A DNA stretch of 64,000 nt from a bacterium (GCA_021815445.1 JAKAGM010000002.1:95511-159510); one strand, 5' to 3'; positions 10,394 through 19,687 are shown, counted from the stretch's first letter. The notes: generated by a model not told the origin, from the sequence alone. Numbers and translations: made by a program.

Positions 10394-10618
10394 ATGGGCG
10401 GACAAATGCCGGATGATGGCGTAAGACCGGCGGAAGAAGTCCCCGCAGAGTGCCCCAATTCTCCCACCAAGCAACATACGAAATGCGGGAGATATTGCGC
10501 CTACAGCGGAGAGGTGGTCAATTCCGGCAACGCTGTGATTCCAGGCTGTGGCCAACGACATTCCGCCAGCAAGGCACACGGCCACATCTACTGCATGGAT
10601 TGCGGCAAGAAGTTGTAA
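10394..10618 (+). CDS. small Cys-rich protein (74 aa), possible zinc finger
   Basis: Strong RBS ggaggaatttATG; Cys spacing C-x9-C-x3-C ... C-x2-C; terminator-like structure about 180 nt downstream (10790-10830). Confidence 0.35.
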   Translation: MGGQMPDDGVRPAEEVPAECPNSPTKQHTKCGRYCAYSGEVVNSGNAVIPGCGQRHSASKAHGHIYCMDCGKKL

Positions 10619-10924
10619 AATCTTACTACATTGGCCGTCTGTGTGTCGTATCGTCTGTACCGTAACATGAAATTGTAACCCACAAGCCGCCAGCTGCTGA
10701 CAATGCAACTCACCATTACTTGGCGTCGGACAGTTTGCGGCACGTCGCCGGGAGCCCTCCCGGTTGAGAGGTCCCTCCGACACTTATGTCCCCTTGTTTC
10801 TCAAGGTCCAGGCACGGTGCTGGAGGGTTTTTTTGTTAAAAAGAAAGGGGTATGACGGGGTAAGAGGGGGCCATAAGAGCAGGTGATTGATTTTTTTGCT
10901 ACCCAAGAGTATTGTGGATACGCT

Positions 10925-11284
10925 ATGTCCACACCGTTGACGGCAAAAAGATGTGTTCCCTGTGAGGGTGGCATTCCACCCCTCACCGACGCGGAAATCG
11001 CGAAACTTTTGCCGCAAGTCCCCGGCTGGCGAGTCGTTGCTATGGAAAAGACTTCACGGGTCATGAACACGCTTCAAAAGACTTTCCAATTCAAAGACTT
11101 CCGCGAGGCTATGGCATTCTTGAGAAAGGTAGGAGACCTCGCCGAATCAGAGGGGCATCACCCGGACTTTTACGTCCACTATAGCCGCGTTGATTTTACC
11201 ATCTGGACGCACGCAATCGGCGGACTGCACGAGAATGATTTTATCCTTGCCGCTAAAATAGATAAGATTATCAAAGGAGGTTGA
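10925..11284 (+). CDS. pterin-4a-carbinolamine dehydratase (PCD/DCoH)
   Basis: Signature E-x3-HHP: AESEGHHPDFYVHYSRVDFTIWTH. Start chosen at MSTPLTAKR. Confidence 0.8.
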   Translation: MSTPLTAKRCVPCEGGIPPLTDAEIAKLLPQVPGWRVVAMEKTSRVMNTLQKTFQFKDFREAMAFLRKVGDLAESEGHHPDFYVHYSRVDFTIWTHAIGGLHENDFILAAKIDKIIKGG

Positions 11285-11811
11285 CATTATATTGCCGGCA
11301 GCTTGTGGTCACCGTTCTTCTGACTCCTGCAGGGGAGGACGCCCCCTCCCCACTCGAGGACTGCAGGCTGCCGCATGCTTTTCCCCTTTTGCGAACCCGG
11401 TATGGTAATCTCGAGCAAAGGATAGACGCCTTCCGTCCTTAATGCTCAGAAAACCATCCTGTAGTTTTACAGGAGGGGTTTTTCTAATACAAAAGCATAT
11501 TCAAGGATGAACGAGAATACATCTAGGGGAGGAGATAGAAAAAAATATTCCAAAAGCACAATCACCTGCATTACTGGTGGGTTGAGCTTTATAACATTTG
11601 ACCGTCTCTACGCTCTGGTGTAAGGTAACGGAAGTTTTGATCGTCGAAACTACGGCGCAGCGCACTCTGCGCCTGTAGCGCCCCCTTACGTTTTTTTGCT
11701 GCAGTGGTATGGGTTCCCCCCATTCCCCACGCCAAGCGTATCGGGGTTTTTTATTTTATCCAAAAAAATAAAAGAATATTTTGGTACTCTAAAATCCACA
11801 ATGTGCCGCCT

Positions 11812-12534
11812 TTAAAGGCCGGTAAATTTTTCTACAATAACCTGCTCCTTGGGAAGCTGAAGATTTTTTAGCAGCGCTACCATGGCATCAACCATCGCCG
11901 GCGGACCGACGATCATATACGTGGGCCGCATGATATCGGGAATCTGGCGACGAAGCAATGCTTCATCGATTAACGTTCTTTCCCCGGTCCATGTGGCCTC
12001 AACGCGTTCCCCTCCCGTTAATGTCGGTACGAAGCGGAAAAAGGTATTTTTCTTTTCCCACGCCTCCAGGTCGGTATAGTAGGCGCATCCTTCCAGGCAA
12101 AAGTTGCTATAGAACAGAGTAATGTGATAGGGAAGCTGCCTGTCAGTAATATATTTGACCATGCTGCGGAACGGGGTAATACCGATGCCGCCGGCAAGGA
12201 AGACTAATTCCTTTGCCGTGTCTTGCGGAAGCACGAATTTTCCCGCAGGCCCGATGGCTAAAAACTCAGTGCCCACGGGGGCTTTAAGGAGACTCTGTTT
12301 ATATGCCGAATCACTCATCCGCATCGCAATCACGAGGTCGGGCTCTGTCGGTGATGAGGCAAACGACATGCTTCTCCGGTTTCCTTTTTTGTCCATTACG
12401 GGCTGGTTCAGGTAAATCCAGTTCATAAACTGCCCGGGCTGGTAATCAAACCCGTCCGGCTTGCTGAACGTGAACTCCATCGTGTTGTGCGCTATCTCGC
12501 GCTTGCCTTTGAGGAAGACGTGAAACTCTGGCAT
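11812..12534 (-). CDS. FAD/NAD(P)-binding oxidoreductase, ferredoxin-NADP reductase-like
   Basis: RSMSFAS (RxYS FAD motif) and LAGGIGITP (NAD(P) GxGxxP) motifs. Confidence 0.7.
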   Translation of the reverse strand: MPEFHVFLKGKREIAHNTMEFTFSKPDGFDYQPGQFMNWIYLNQPVMDKKGNRRSMSFASSPTEPDLVIAMRMSDSAYKQSLLKAPVGTEFLAIGPAGKFVLPQDTAKELVFLAGGIGITPFRSMVKYITDRQLPYHITLFYSNFCLEGCAYYTDLEAWEKKNTFFRFVPTLTGGERVEATWTGERTLIDEALLRRQIPDIMRPTYMIVGPPAMVDAMVALLKNLQLPKEQVIVEKFTGL

Positions 12535-12537
12535 GTT

Positions 12538-13548
12538 TTAGAAATTAATAATTGTTTTTATTCTATTCTCGGTGTAGCTACTTGCATCAATGAATGCCTG
12601 CGCGCCATCCTGAGCTTTGAAGCGGTGGGTGATCAAGCTTTTCAGGTCGACTTTCTCTCTCGCAACAAGCTCTATCGCCTCGGGAAACGTGTTGGCGCAG
12701 GTCCACGAGCCGAACACTCGAAGCTCTTTCTTCACGATGTTCATCATGTTGATCCGTGCGGGGGATGAAAAGACGCCGAGGAGGTACACGCTGCCGTTGC
12801 GCCGCGCTATCTCGAAGCTTGTCTCAGCGGTTGCTTCAGTACCGACTACTTCGTAGACGATGTCATACTTGTCGGGCGTGATTTCCCGGACTCGCTTTTC
12901 CACGTTGTCTTTCTTGGCGTCGATAACGTGCCGGATCCATCCTTTTTTCTTTGCGAAGGCGAGCGTATTATCACGGACGTCGATGCCGGTAACGAGCGCT
13001 CCTGCAGCTGAAAGTATCTGGTCGACGAGCAGGCCTATCGGCCCCTGGCCGACTACCGCTGCCCGCTTGTTCAGTAAAAATCCTGCCTCCTTCACTGCGT
13101 AGACGGCGATTGACAAAGGTTCTATCAGCGCAGCTTCGTCAAAAGAAATCGTCTTTGGAAATCGATAGACAAGGTCTGCGGGGATGGCAAGATATTCCGC
13201 GAGTGCGCCTGGTCTGTGCAGGCCTATTACTTCGGCCTTTGCGCACAGCTCGGGCTTGCCGGTGAGGCAGTAGAAACATTTGTCGCAGGTGACTACATGT
13301 TCGCCGACAACGTGCTCGCCGACCCGGACGTTGGTCACGTTTTTTCCTACAGCTGCGACGATGCCGGAAAACTCGTGGCCGATGATCGCATTACGCGGGA
13401 CTTTCATTCCGCCTTTGTAGATGTGCAGGTCAGTGCCGCAAATACCGACACTCTTGATTTTCATCAAGACCTCTTGTGTGCCTATCTTAGGCTTCGGTGC
13501 GTTTTCGTAACTTATTTTTTCCTTACCGTGAAAGACGAGGGCTTTCAT
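12538..13548 (-). CDS. zinc-dependent alcohol dehydrogenase (MDR superfamily)
   Basis: GICGTDLHIYKG...GHEFSGIVAAVG zinc-ADH signature; start set at MKALVFHGK (six-frame ORF extends further upstream without support). Confidence 0.85.
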   Translation of the reverse strand: MKALVFHGKEKISYENAPKPKIGTQEVLMKIKSVGICGTDLHIYKGGMKVPRNAIIGHEFSGIVAAVGKNVTNVRVGEHVVGEHVVTCDKCFYCLTGKPELCAKAEVIGLHRPGALAEYLAIPADLVYRFPKTISFDEAALIEPLSIAVYAVKEAGFLLNKRAAVVGQGPIGLLVDQILSAAGALVTGIDVRDNTLAFAKKKGWIRHVIDAKKDNVEKRVREITPDKYDIVYEVVGTEATAETSFEIARRNGSVYLLGVFSSPARINMMNIVKKELRVFGSWTCANTFPEAIELVAREKVDLKSLITHRFKAQDGAQAFIDASSYTENRIKTIINF

Positions 13549-13725
13549 GCGTATTCCAAATGTGGGAAATAGTACAAAAAGAAATCGGAAGTAAACTGAT
13601 TCTAACATAAAATGCCCAAAAAGGGGAGTTTGACACCAATCTTGTTGTCGAGGTACGATAATTATCCTCTGTAACAAAGAAAAAGATCGTACACTAGACA
13701 TATCAACCAGAAAGGAAGGTTTACC

Positions 13726-14859
13726 ATGGGACCCTACGGCGATATCGCGGTGTGTGGGGGAAGGTCACATCCCAAGCTCGTGCGTGGCATTTGTAGGCAT
13801 CTTTCTATCAATTCTACTCCCATCGAGTTTGTCGACTTCAGTAACGGTAATCGCAAGGTGAAGATCGGCGGCGATGTACGCAACAGAGATGTATTTGTAC
13901 TCCAAACCGGGGCCCGCGGAGGCGTTGATAATCGGTTCTTCACAAAGATCGCACCGCTTCGCCGAAGAGAAATCTTCGATCGCTGGCGTACCTCGAATGG
14001 CCTCAATGAAGAAGAGGCAGGTTTTGCAAACGCTTTCCTGGACGTTGCGGAGGGATTTCCCGACCTATCAGGCCTTCTCTGTAACGCCGACCTTGTGGAG
14101 CTGTTGATTATCATCAGTGCTTTGCATGACGCATCCGCAGGTCGAATCACTGTGGTCATGCCGTACATGTTCTACGTCCGATCCGACAAGAAAGATGAAG
14201 GACGCATCGCAGTGACGGCAAAACTTGTCGCGGAACTCGTGCAATTGGCCGGCGCCGACCGCGTACTCCTCATGGATCTGCACAAACCCCACATCATGCA
14301 CTACTTCGGTACCCAAGCAGACCAGCTGCTTGCCCAGTCACTCTTTATCGGCCACTTTCGCGCACGCGGCTACAAAGATCTCGTCGTCGTGAGCGGTGAC
14401 GAGGGCGACGGGAAATCAGCGCGCAAGTTTGCCCAAGAAGCCGGCGGTCTCTCTTTTGCGATTATCAGCAAAGATCGTCCAGATGACACAGAAAATGCCA
14501 AGGTCCTGGGTATGATTGGGTCTGTCAGGGGCAAGAACTGTATCATCCATGATGATGAGTTGCTCACAGGCCGTTCTGTAGAACCCACAATTCGACTTTT
14601 GGAACGGGAAGGCGCGGCAAGTATTCATGCATGTATGACGCACTTTATCGCTTCCAATGGCGCCATTCAGCGTCTCGAAAGTCTCCCCATCACCGAGCTG
14701 GTGACGACGAACACAATCCCGATACAGGGAGACCTGCCAGAGAAGATTGTTATTCTCGATACCGCCCCCATCTTTGCCGGCGCGATCCAGCGGGTTCATG
14801 ACGGCCGGTCGGTCAGTGAGCTTATCGAGTTTCTGAGAAAAGAGGCTCTGGGACTCTGA
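13726..14859 (+). CDS. prs: ribose-phosphate pyrophosphokinase (PRPP synthetase), divergent with about 60-aa N-terminal-domain insertion
   Basis: PRPP synthetase-like blocks: VFVLQTG, RITVVMPYMFYVRSDKK, GADRVLLMDLH, IHDDELLTG, VTTNTIP; AAGGAAGG RBS. Confidence 0.75.
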   Translation: MGPYGDIAVCGGRSHPKLVRGICRHLSINSTPIEFVDFSNGNRKVKIGGDVRNRDVFVLQTGARGGVDNRFFTKIAPLRRREIFDRWRTSNGLNEEEAGFANAFLDVAEGFPDLSGLLCNADLVELLIIISALHDASAGRITVVMPYMFYVRSDKKDEGRIAVTAKLVAELVQLAGADRVLLMDLHKPHIMHYFGTQADQLLAQSLFIGHFRARGYKDLVVVSGDEGDGKSARKFAQEAGGLSFAIISKDRPDDTENAKVLGMIGSVRGKNCIIHDDELLTGRSVEPTIRLLEREGAASIHACMTHFIASNGAIQRLESLPITELVTTNTIPIQGDLPEKIVILDTAPIFAGAIQRVHDGRSVSELIEFLRKEALGL

Positions 14860-15049
14860 GGACCATATTACTATCTCATTTTCGGGTTTCCTGGCTCTGC
14901 CACGGGAGCCCTTTTTTTATTATAGGGTAAAAAAATACCCCCGAGAACTGTTTCCGGGGGAAAGACTGATTGCACTGGCTAGGCGTTTACTAAACCTCGG
15001 TTAAGGAGAAGGTCAAAGAAACACCGAATCTTTTTGCCTTCTCTGGATA

Positions 15050-15601
15050 TCAGCGCGAGCCGGGTAGAGAAATTTCGGAGGTCTCTACGAATGGGTCTGC
15101 GCCGAGATCTTGGAGTACTACGACTGCACAGTATGCAGTCTTAAGGTCCCCTTGGTACCAGCTCAGGGGGCCGAAGACCCTTTTCAGAGTCTCATGCCGA
15201 AGTTTGATGCTGGGATCATCCTGTCTGACAGGACATTCCTCGAGACCCGTGCGTTCGGCGAAGCTGACGACGATCCTCCTCATCTCCTCAAGGTGATCCT
15301 GGTATCGGGGATCGTCTGCACACCACGAGTCGAGTCTTTCCATCACGTCAACCATGACGAGCCTTCGCTGTCCGTCGAGGAAAATGATGACATCCATATT
15401 CCCGACTTTCCATCTCACCATGGTATTCCCGTCAATGACGATCCAGCCGGATGTCTCAGTGCCTCCGAGTTCTTCCGGTGTAAGCTGGTAGTCTGGGAAC
15501 TCATTGAGCCTCTTGAGCCGATTCATCGCGTCGTTGATGAGCTCAAAATGCGCGAAGAGCACTTGGACACGACAGCTCCGAGTAACAATTACCTTTGCCA
15601 T
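15050..15601 (-). CDS. hypothetical protein (183 aa)
   Basis: Protein-like composition; the antisense ORF 15110-15676 is rich in P/H/C and judged spurious. Confidence 0.4.
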   Translation of the reverse strand: MAKVIVTRSCRVQVLFAHFELINDAMNRLKRLNEFPDYQLTPEELGGTETSGWIVIDGNTMVRWKVGNMDVIIFLDGQRRLVMVDVMERLDSWCADDPRYQDHLEEMRRIVVSFAERTGLEECPVRQDDPSIKLRHETLKRVFGPLSWYQGDLKTAYCAVVVLQDLGADPFVETSEISLPGSR

Positions 15602-15710
15602 GGGTGTCTCCTTATTCCGAGGGTTGAGAGTACGTTTTTTATGTTTCAGCTTACTCTATCCCTTGGCAAGTACTAATGTCAAGAGCTTGCATTTTTTTGT
15701 CATGAGCAGG

Positions 15711-15727
15711 CCGGATTCTGAATCCGG
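15711..15727. repeat. REP-like palindrome CCGGATTCTGAATCCGG (solo copy)
   Basis: Identical unit occurs in doublets at 46833-46882 and 49026-49073 near RAYT-type transposase genes. Confidence 0.5.
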
Positions 15728-15745
15728 TTTAATAATAAAAAAGCC

Positions 15746-16096
15746 CTAGGCGGATGCGCTAGGGGTGGAAGCCGTGCTGTTTGCTGCTACTTGACGCCTG
15801 AATTCTGCGACGACGGGAAGCAACTCATCGAGCGTAAGGCGATCATCGCCTGTTACTTGTTCCGGGTCCCCGAAGCTTGCAAGTGCAGTCTCTATCAGAT
15901 TCGCTAGGTCCTGCATCTTCGGTACGCTGCGGCGGGAGAAGAAGAAAGCTGTTCGGGCGAGTTCGTTACCCGCATCTCTGATAATGATCGTAGTGCAAAC
16001 CCTGTCCATGTGCTCTTGCCCTGGCGCGATGCGAGCAATGTTTGTTGCGGCATTGGAGTAAAGCTTAAGCCAACGTTCCCAAGTCATTTCTTCCAT
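15746..16096 (-). CDS. hypothetical protein
   Basis: Start MEEMTWERW preceded by GGAGGGG. Confidence 0.4.
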   Translation of the reverse strand: MEEMTWERWLKLYSNAATNIARIAPGQEHMDRVCTTIIIRDAGNELARTAFFFSRRSVPKMQDLANLIETALASFGDPEQVTGDDRLTLDELLPVVAEFRRQVAANSTASTPSASA

Positions 16097-16222
16097 TGAC
16101 CCCTCCTTGCACAATTACGTGGAAGTCCAGAAATACATGACTTCAATAGATTATCTGCTATAACGTACTTTGTCAAAGCAAATAAAGCCCAAGGAACCCG
16201 AATCCCGCCATTGCGGGACTCC

Positions 16223-16786
16223 TCAGGATGACAAGCTATTGGCTACCTGTTCTTTCTGCGCTATCTTATCCAACTTCGCCTCAAGCGCGCGCAGTGTCGT
16301 ATTATTCTCGATGCGGTAATCTGCCAGTTTCATGCACTCAAAGAGTCTTTGAATATGACTACCGCTATTTTCACGTTCCTCGTTTCGTATCATTTCCTCG
16401 ACAGTTTTCGCTTCGCCAAGCCTGCCCCTTGCCTGAGCGCGGTCAAAGCGAACGTCCGGTTTCGCATCGACAGCAACAAGAATTAAGCGGGCGTATCTTT
16501 TCAGGTACCTAATTTGTCCAAGTTGACGCATGCCTGAAATGATTCCAACACGAGTAATTTTCCTTAACAACACTTTTACCAGGTAATCATCTCCAAAATC
16601 TTCAGCGACTTTCGTACCGAATTCAACAAGACTCTCGCGGGTGAGATCAACTTTACCCTCTCGGGCAAGTTCTTTGAGCGCACCGCTGATTTCGTATACC
16701 GGCGCCTGAAGTTTCCGGCCCAAGTATCTGGCCGCGTAGTCTTTGCCGCTCGCAATCGTGCCGATGATGCCGATGACCGTTTTCAT
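16223..16786 (-). CDS. P-loop nucleotide kinase (dephospho-CoA kinase / AAA-type small kinase-like)
   Basis: Walker A GIIGTIASGKD at N-terminus; about 187 aa. Confidence 0.55.
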   Translation of the reverse strand: MKTVIGIIGTIASGKDYAARYLGRKLQAPVYEISGALKELAREGKVDLTRESLVEFGTKVAEDFGDDYLVKVLLRKITRVGIISGMRQLGQIRYLKRYARLILVAVDAKPDVRFDRAQARGRLGEAKTVEEMIRNEERENSGSHIQRLFECMKLADYRIENNTTLRALEAKLDKIAQKEQVANSLSS

Positions 16787-16790
16787 GTCG

Positions 16791-17093
16791 CTAAAAGTTA
16801 TTCATTGAATTTTTGCGGCGTGTTTGAAGTCTAGAGGTGATGAGCGCAATAAGCCAGATACCTATCACCGGCACGAGCATCACGATTCCCAGCACCGATG
16901 CGTTTTGTATCATGCCGCCCGTTGTAGATTCAAAAAATGGACCGCCTTTGTACCCCAACACATGATCAACAGCAATCATAATCGTGGCGCCCCAGAGCAT
17001 CAAACTCAGTAACCCGAGTTTATGTTTTTTGTGCAGCAAAAACCACAACAAGGTTGCCATAAGAGCTGCAACCAGCGTTGTAAGCAGCCACAT
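16791..17093 (-). CDS. small integral membrane protein (paralog of next gene)
   Basis: Hydrophobic segments; shared motif LxxMxWGxxxMxAVxHxxxG..FF with ORF 17098-17436. Confidence 0.45.
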   Translation of the reverse strand: MWLLTTLVAALMATLLWFLLHKKHKLGLLSLMLWGATIMIAVDHVLGYKGGPFFESTTGGMIQNASVLGIVMLVPVIGIWLIALITSRLQTRRKNSMNNF

Positions 17094-17097
17094 ACTT

Positions 17098-17436
17098 CTA
17101 TACGGCTACTACGCGAGCTTTCTTTGCGCGGATGCTCGCAACAGCGTTCGCAACGGCTACCACAACACCCCAGGCGGCGACGATAGCGAGAGTTATACCT
17201 CCGCCGACAATTGCGATTTCTTTCAGCATGATATTGATATCTGCCGGGCTTTTCATTGCCGTCAGGAACGGGGGGAAAAAGACAACCTCGCCATGGGCTA
17301 TGTGCTCTACTGCAAGCATCACCACGCCGCCCCAGAACATCGTGTTTAACCACTCGAGGTGGTATTTCGCGGGGATCTTTTTCCTCATACCCGAGGTGAT
17401 AATTGCCGCAGTCGTCGGCGCTAGAAAGCAAGCCAT
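17098..17436 (-). CDS. small integral membrane protein (tandem paralog)
   Basis: See 16791-17093. Confidence 0.45.
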   Translation of the reverse strand: MACFLAPTTAAIITSGMRKKIPAKYHLEWLNTMFWGGVVMLAVEHIAHGEVVFFPPFLTAMKSPADINIMLKEIAIVGGGITLAIVAAWGVVVAVANAVASIRAKKARVVAV

Positions 17437-17492
17437 AGTTTGTCCTCTTTATTTATTTTAAGCGAGTATTAATCTTCTCATGCATCAGATAT

Positions 17493-19265
17493 CTATTGGA
17501 TTGCAATACTATAGAGTCCTTTATTTGTTCCAATGAAAAGTGTCTGAGAAGCATCGTGAAAAGAAATACCACTTATCACATCATTAGATCCAAGTTTCAC
17601 GGGTAAATTAATTTTATTCCAACTATCGCTGCTGTTTTTTGATACATACACATTATTGTCGAAATCCGTCGCGAAGATCATGCTTTCATTCGATCGACTC
17701 GCCGTTATTTGATATACATGGAATCCGGTATTTTTTATCACCCACGTCTTTCCCATATCTGCACTCCTAAAGAACCGATCAATCCCTGAAGCCGGGTTAA
17801 CTCCATACAGTAGGCCATTGGTCACAATCAAATCCGTCGGGACATACTGCTTTTTAGAGTCATCGCCTTGCAAGATAACATCCCATGTTTTCCCCCCATC
17901 AAGGGATTTATTCAAGTTATTACATACGGCATAAACAATATCTGGGTTCTTTTGGTCCACAACGATATTTGAATAAGAACATTGGTTCGCCTTATTATTA
18001 GCCGCTCCGAGGGATTCATAGACTTTATTCCAATTTTTGCCGCCATCTTGAGACTGGTACAGGTAATAATCAGTTTTTACACCATCATATCCACTGCCGG
18101 ATTTTTTCCAAGTTTCAAATTTTGTCGTCGCGTATGCTACTTTTCCAGTGCTACCCAAACTCAAATTTGTCGTTTGCAGTCCATCTATAATCACCGGCTG
18201 CCAATTTACCCCTCCATCCACACTTTCGATGATTGTATTAATATCCCACTCGCCAGAATCCTTTGGGGGTGTAAACATCCCCCCTACCGCGTAAAGATGG
18301 TCTGAATTATCGGGATCAATCACGAGGTTGTCAAAAGATAAATTCACTGGAACGTTATTAACATTTACTCTTTTCCAGTTCGCTCCGCTGTCGGTGCTTT
18401 TGTAGAGGCAATGGCCCTCTCGTATGCCGGCGTACATCAAAGCCGGCTTTACACGAGTAGTAAAAACAGACTGAGCACTCTCTCCTTCAAATGCGACAGT
18501 TGTCATTGAGACGCTCTCCGGGATGTCGCTACAGGTAGCAATGTCGGAAGCAACTTTCTCAAGCTGGTCAAGGTACACTAGAACATCTTCTTGAGAACTT
18601 ATGCTTTTCCAGGTAGCACCACTATCAGTAGTTCTATACAAACATCCATCGCCAAAGCCAGTCTGGGCGTACATCTCAGTTTGGGCTTTATCAACAGCTA
18701 GGACTGGGCCCAATTGGAAGTTGGCAGGTAACTGAGCGCTATTCAGCTGACTGCTATTAACCAAGGTAGGTAATCCACTGCATGTCGCGATCAGATTTTG
18801 CACTTCTAGAGTAGTCTCTTCTCTCATCTTAGCTGCAAAATCTGCCAATTCAGTTTCAGTGGCGTCCGGCTTGGTAAGCTTATATTTTTGAACATTTGCT
18901 GCAACATACTCCTCCAAAGTTATTTGTCCACTTTGAGTATTAACCGCCGGTGAGTTCGATATACTATTCTTTATACTATACGGAGTACTTTTTTTTGTGC
19001 CATTCCACCACCAGTAGAATCCTCCACCAGCCAAAATCAAAACTAACAATCCACAACCTAAGATTAATTTGTAATTATATTTCTTAACCTGGTTCTCCTG
19101 AAACATACCCAGAGCTGCATCAATTTCACCCATCTGCCAGCCGACTTGGGCTAAGGTTTTTCGTATCTCATCCTTGCCCACTCCTTGTTCCAAGGAGTTT
19201 TTAATGTAGCCTACTAGCTCTTGATTTGGCATAAAATAACGAGTTAATTTGTGAATGAATTTCAT
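17493..19265 (-). CDS. membrane-anchored BNR/Asp-box repeat (sialidase-like beta-propeller) protein
   Basis: At least six SxDxGxTW Asp-box repeats (TTDSGATWKS, STDSGANWKR, SVDGGVNWQP, SQDGGKNWNK, SLDGGKTWDV, SADMGKTWVI); N-terminal soluble domain followed by a TM helix. Confidence 0.75.
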   Translation of the reverse strand: MKFIHKLTRYFMPNQELVGYIKNSLEQGVGKDEIRKTLAQVGWQMGEIDAALGMFQENQVKKYNYKLILGCGLLVLILAGGGFYWWWNGTKKSTPYSIKNSISNSPAVNTQSGQITLEEYVAANVQKYKLTKPDATETELADFAAKMREETTLEVQNLIATCSGLPTLVNSSQLNSAQLPANFQLGPVLAVDKAQTEMYAQTGFGDGCLYRTTDSGATWKSISSQEDVLVYLDQLEKVASDIATCSDIPESVSMTTVAFEGESAQSVFTTRVKPALMYAGIREGHCLYKSTDSGANWKRVNVNNVPVNLSFDNLVIDPDNSDHLYAVGGMFTPPKDSGEWDINTIIESVDGGVNWQPVIIDGLQTTNLSLGSTGKVAYATTKFETWKKSGSGYDGVKTDYYLYQSQDGGKNWNKVYESLGAANNKANQCSYSNIVVDQKNPDIVYAVCNNLNKSLDGGKTWDVILQGDDSKKQYVPTDLIVTNGLLYGVNPASGIDRFFRSADMGKTWVIKNTGFHVYQITASRSNESMIFATDFDNNVYVSKNSSDSWNKINLPVKLGSNDVISGISFHDASQTLFIGTNKGLYSIAIQ

Positions 19266-19266
19266 A

Positions 19267-19338
19267 TGCCCTCGACAGGAATCGAACCTGTATCCCAGGC
19301 TTCGGAGGCCTGTGCACTATCCTTTGTGCTACGAGGAC
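19267..19338 (-). tRNA. tRNA-Arg (anticodon CCG)
   Basis: Manual cloverleaf fold: acceptor GTCCTCG/CGAGGGC, D stem GCAC/GTGC, anticodon stem CAGGC/GCCTG with loop CTCCGAA, T arm ACAGG-TTCGATT-CCTGT; no encoded CCA. Confidence 0.75.
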
Positions 19339-19595
19339 ATGCTAGATGGGTTGTCTACATACTGTCTAATAAATTCCTTCTTTACGGAGGAACTGCGCTT
19401 AATCTGATACTCTCGCCATCGTGCCTTTTCCCGTGTTGGATACTCTTCGAATCCAATCAGTTTCCATGGAACTTTCCGTTGTGTTGTCTGGACGTGCCCT
19501 TCATTGTGCCGGACTAACCTTGCCCGAATATTTCCCGTCTGCCCAATGTAGAAAGTGTTATCTTTCTGACTCTGAAGTAGGTATACGTAGTACAT
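19329..19595 (-). CDS. stand-alone GIY-YIG nuclease domain protein (88 aa) overlapping the 5' end of tRNA-Arg
   Basis: YYVYLLQSQKDNTFYIGQTGNIRARLVRHNEG = GIY-YIG signature; stop codon TAG lies inside the tRNA acceptor/D region (GTCCTCGTAGCAC). Confidence 0.65.
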   Translation of the reverse strand: MYYVYLLQSQKDNTFYIGQTGNIRARLVRHNEGHVQTTQRKVPWKLIGFEEYPTREKARWREYQIKRSSSVKKEFIRQYVDNPSSMSS

Positions 19596-19603
19596 AAACT
19601 TTC

Positions 19604-19679
19604 GGCTTCGGCCTCCGGCCCAGAGGGCCGTACGGCCCGGAGGGAGGCCTGTGCACTATCCTTTGTGCTACGAGGACAG
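19604..19679 (-). repeat. Partial duplicate of tRNA-Arg 5' half (positions 1 to about 43) interrupted by a 33-nt GC-rich palindromic insert in the anticodon loop
   Basis: 35-nt exact repeat of 19305-19339 (ggaggcctgtgcactatcctttgtgctacgaggaca) plus ggcttc beyond a 33-nt insert containing the perfect palindrome GGGCCGTACGGCCC. Confidence 0.6.
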
Positions 19680-19687
19680 GTTGGCTA

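Noticed and set aside
10232-10783. 183-aa minus-strand ORF
   Set aside because: Overlaps the 3' end of the M32 peptidase and the RBS-supported small plus-strand ORF. Arg/Cys-rich composition typical of an antisense frame.
15110-15676. 188-aa plus-strand ORF antisense to 15050-15601
   Set aside because: Pro/His/Cys-rich, low-complexity translation typical of the antisense frame. The minus-strand ORF has an RBS and a more protein-like sequence.
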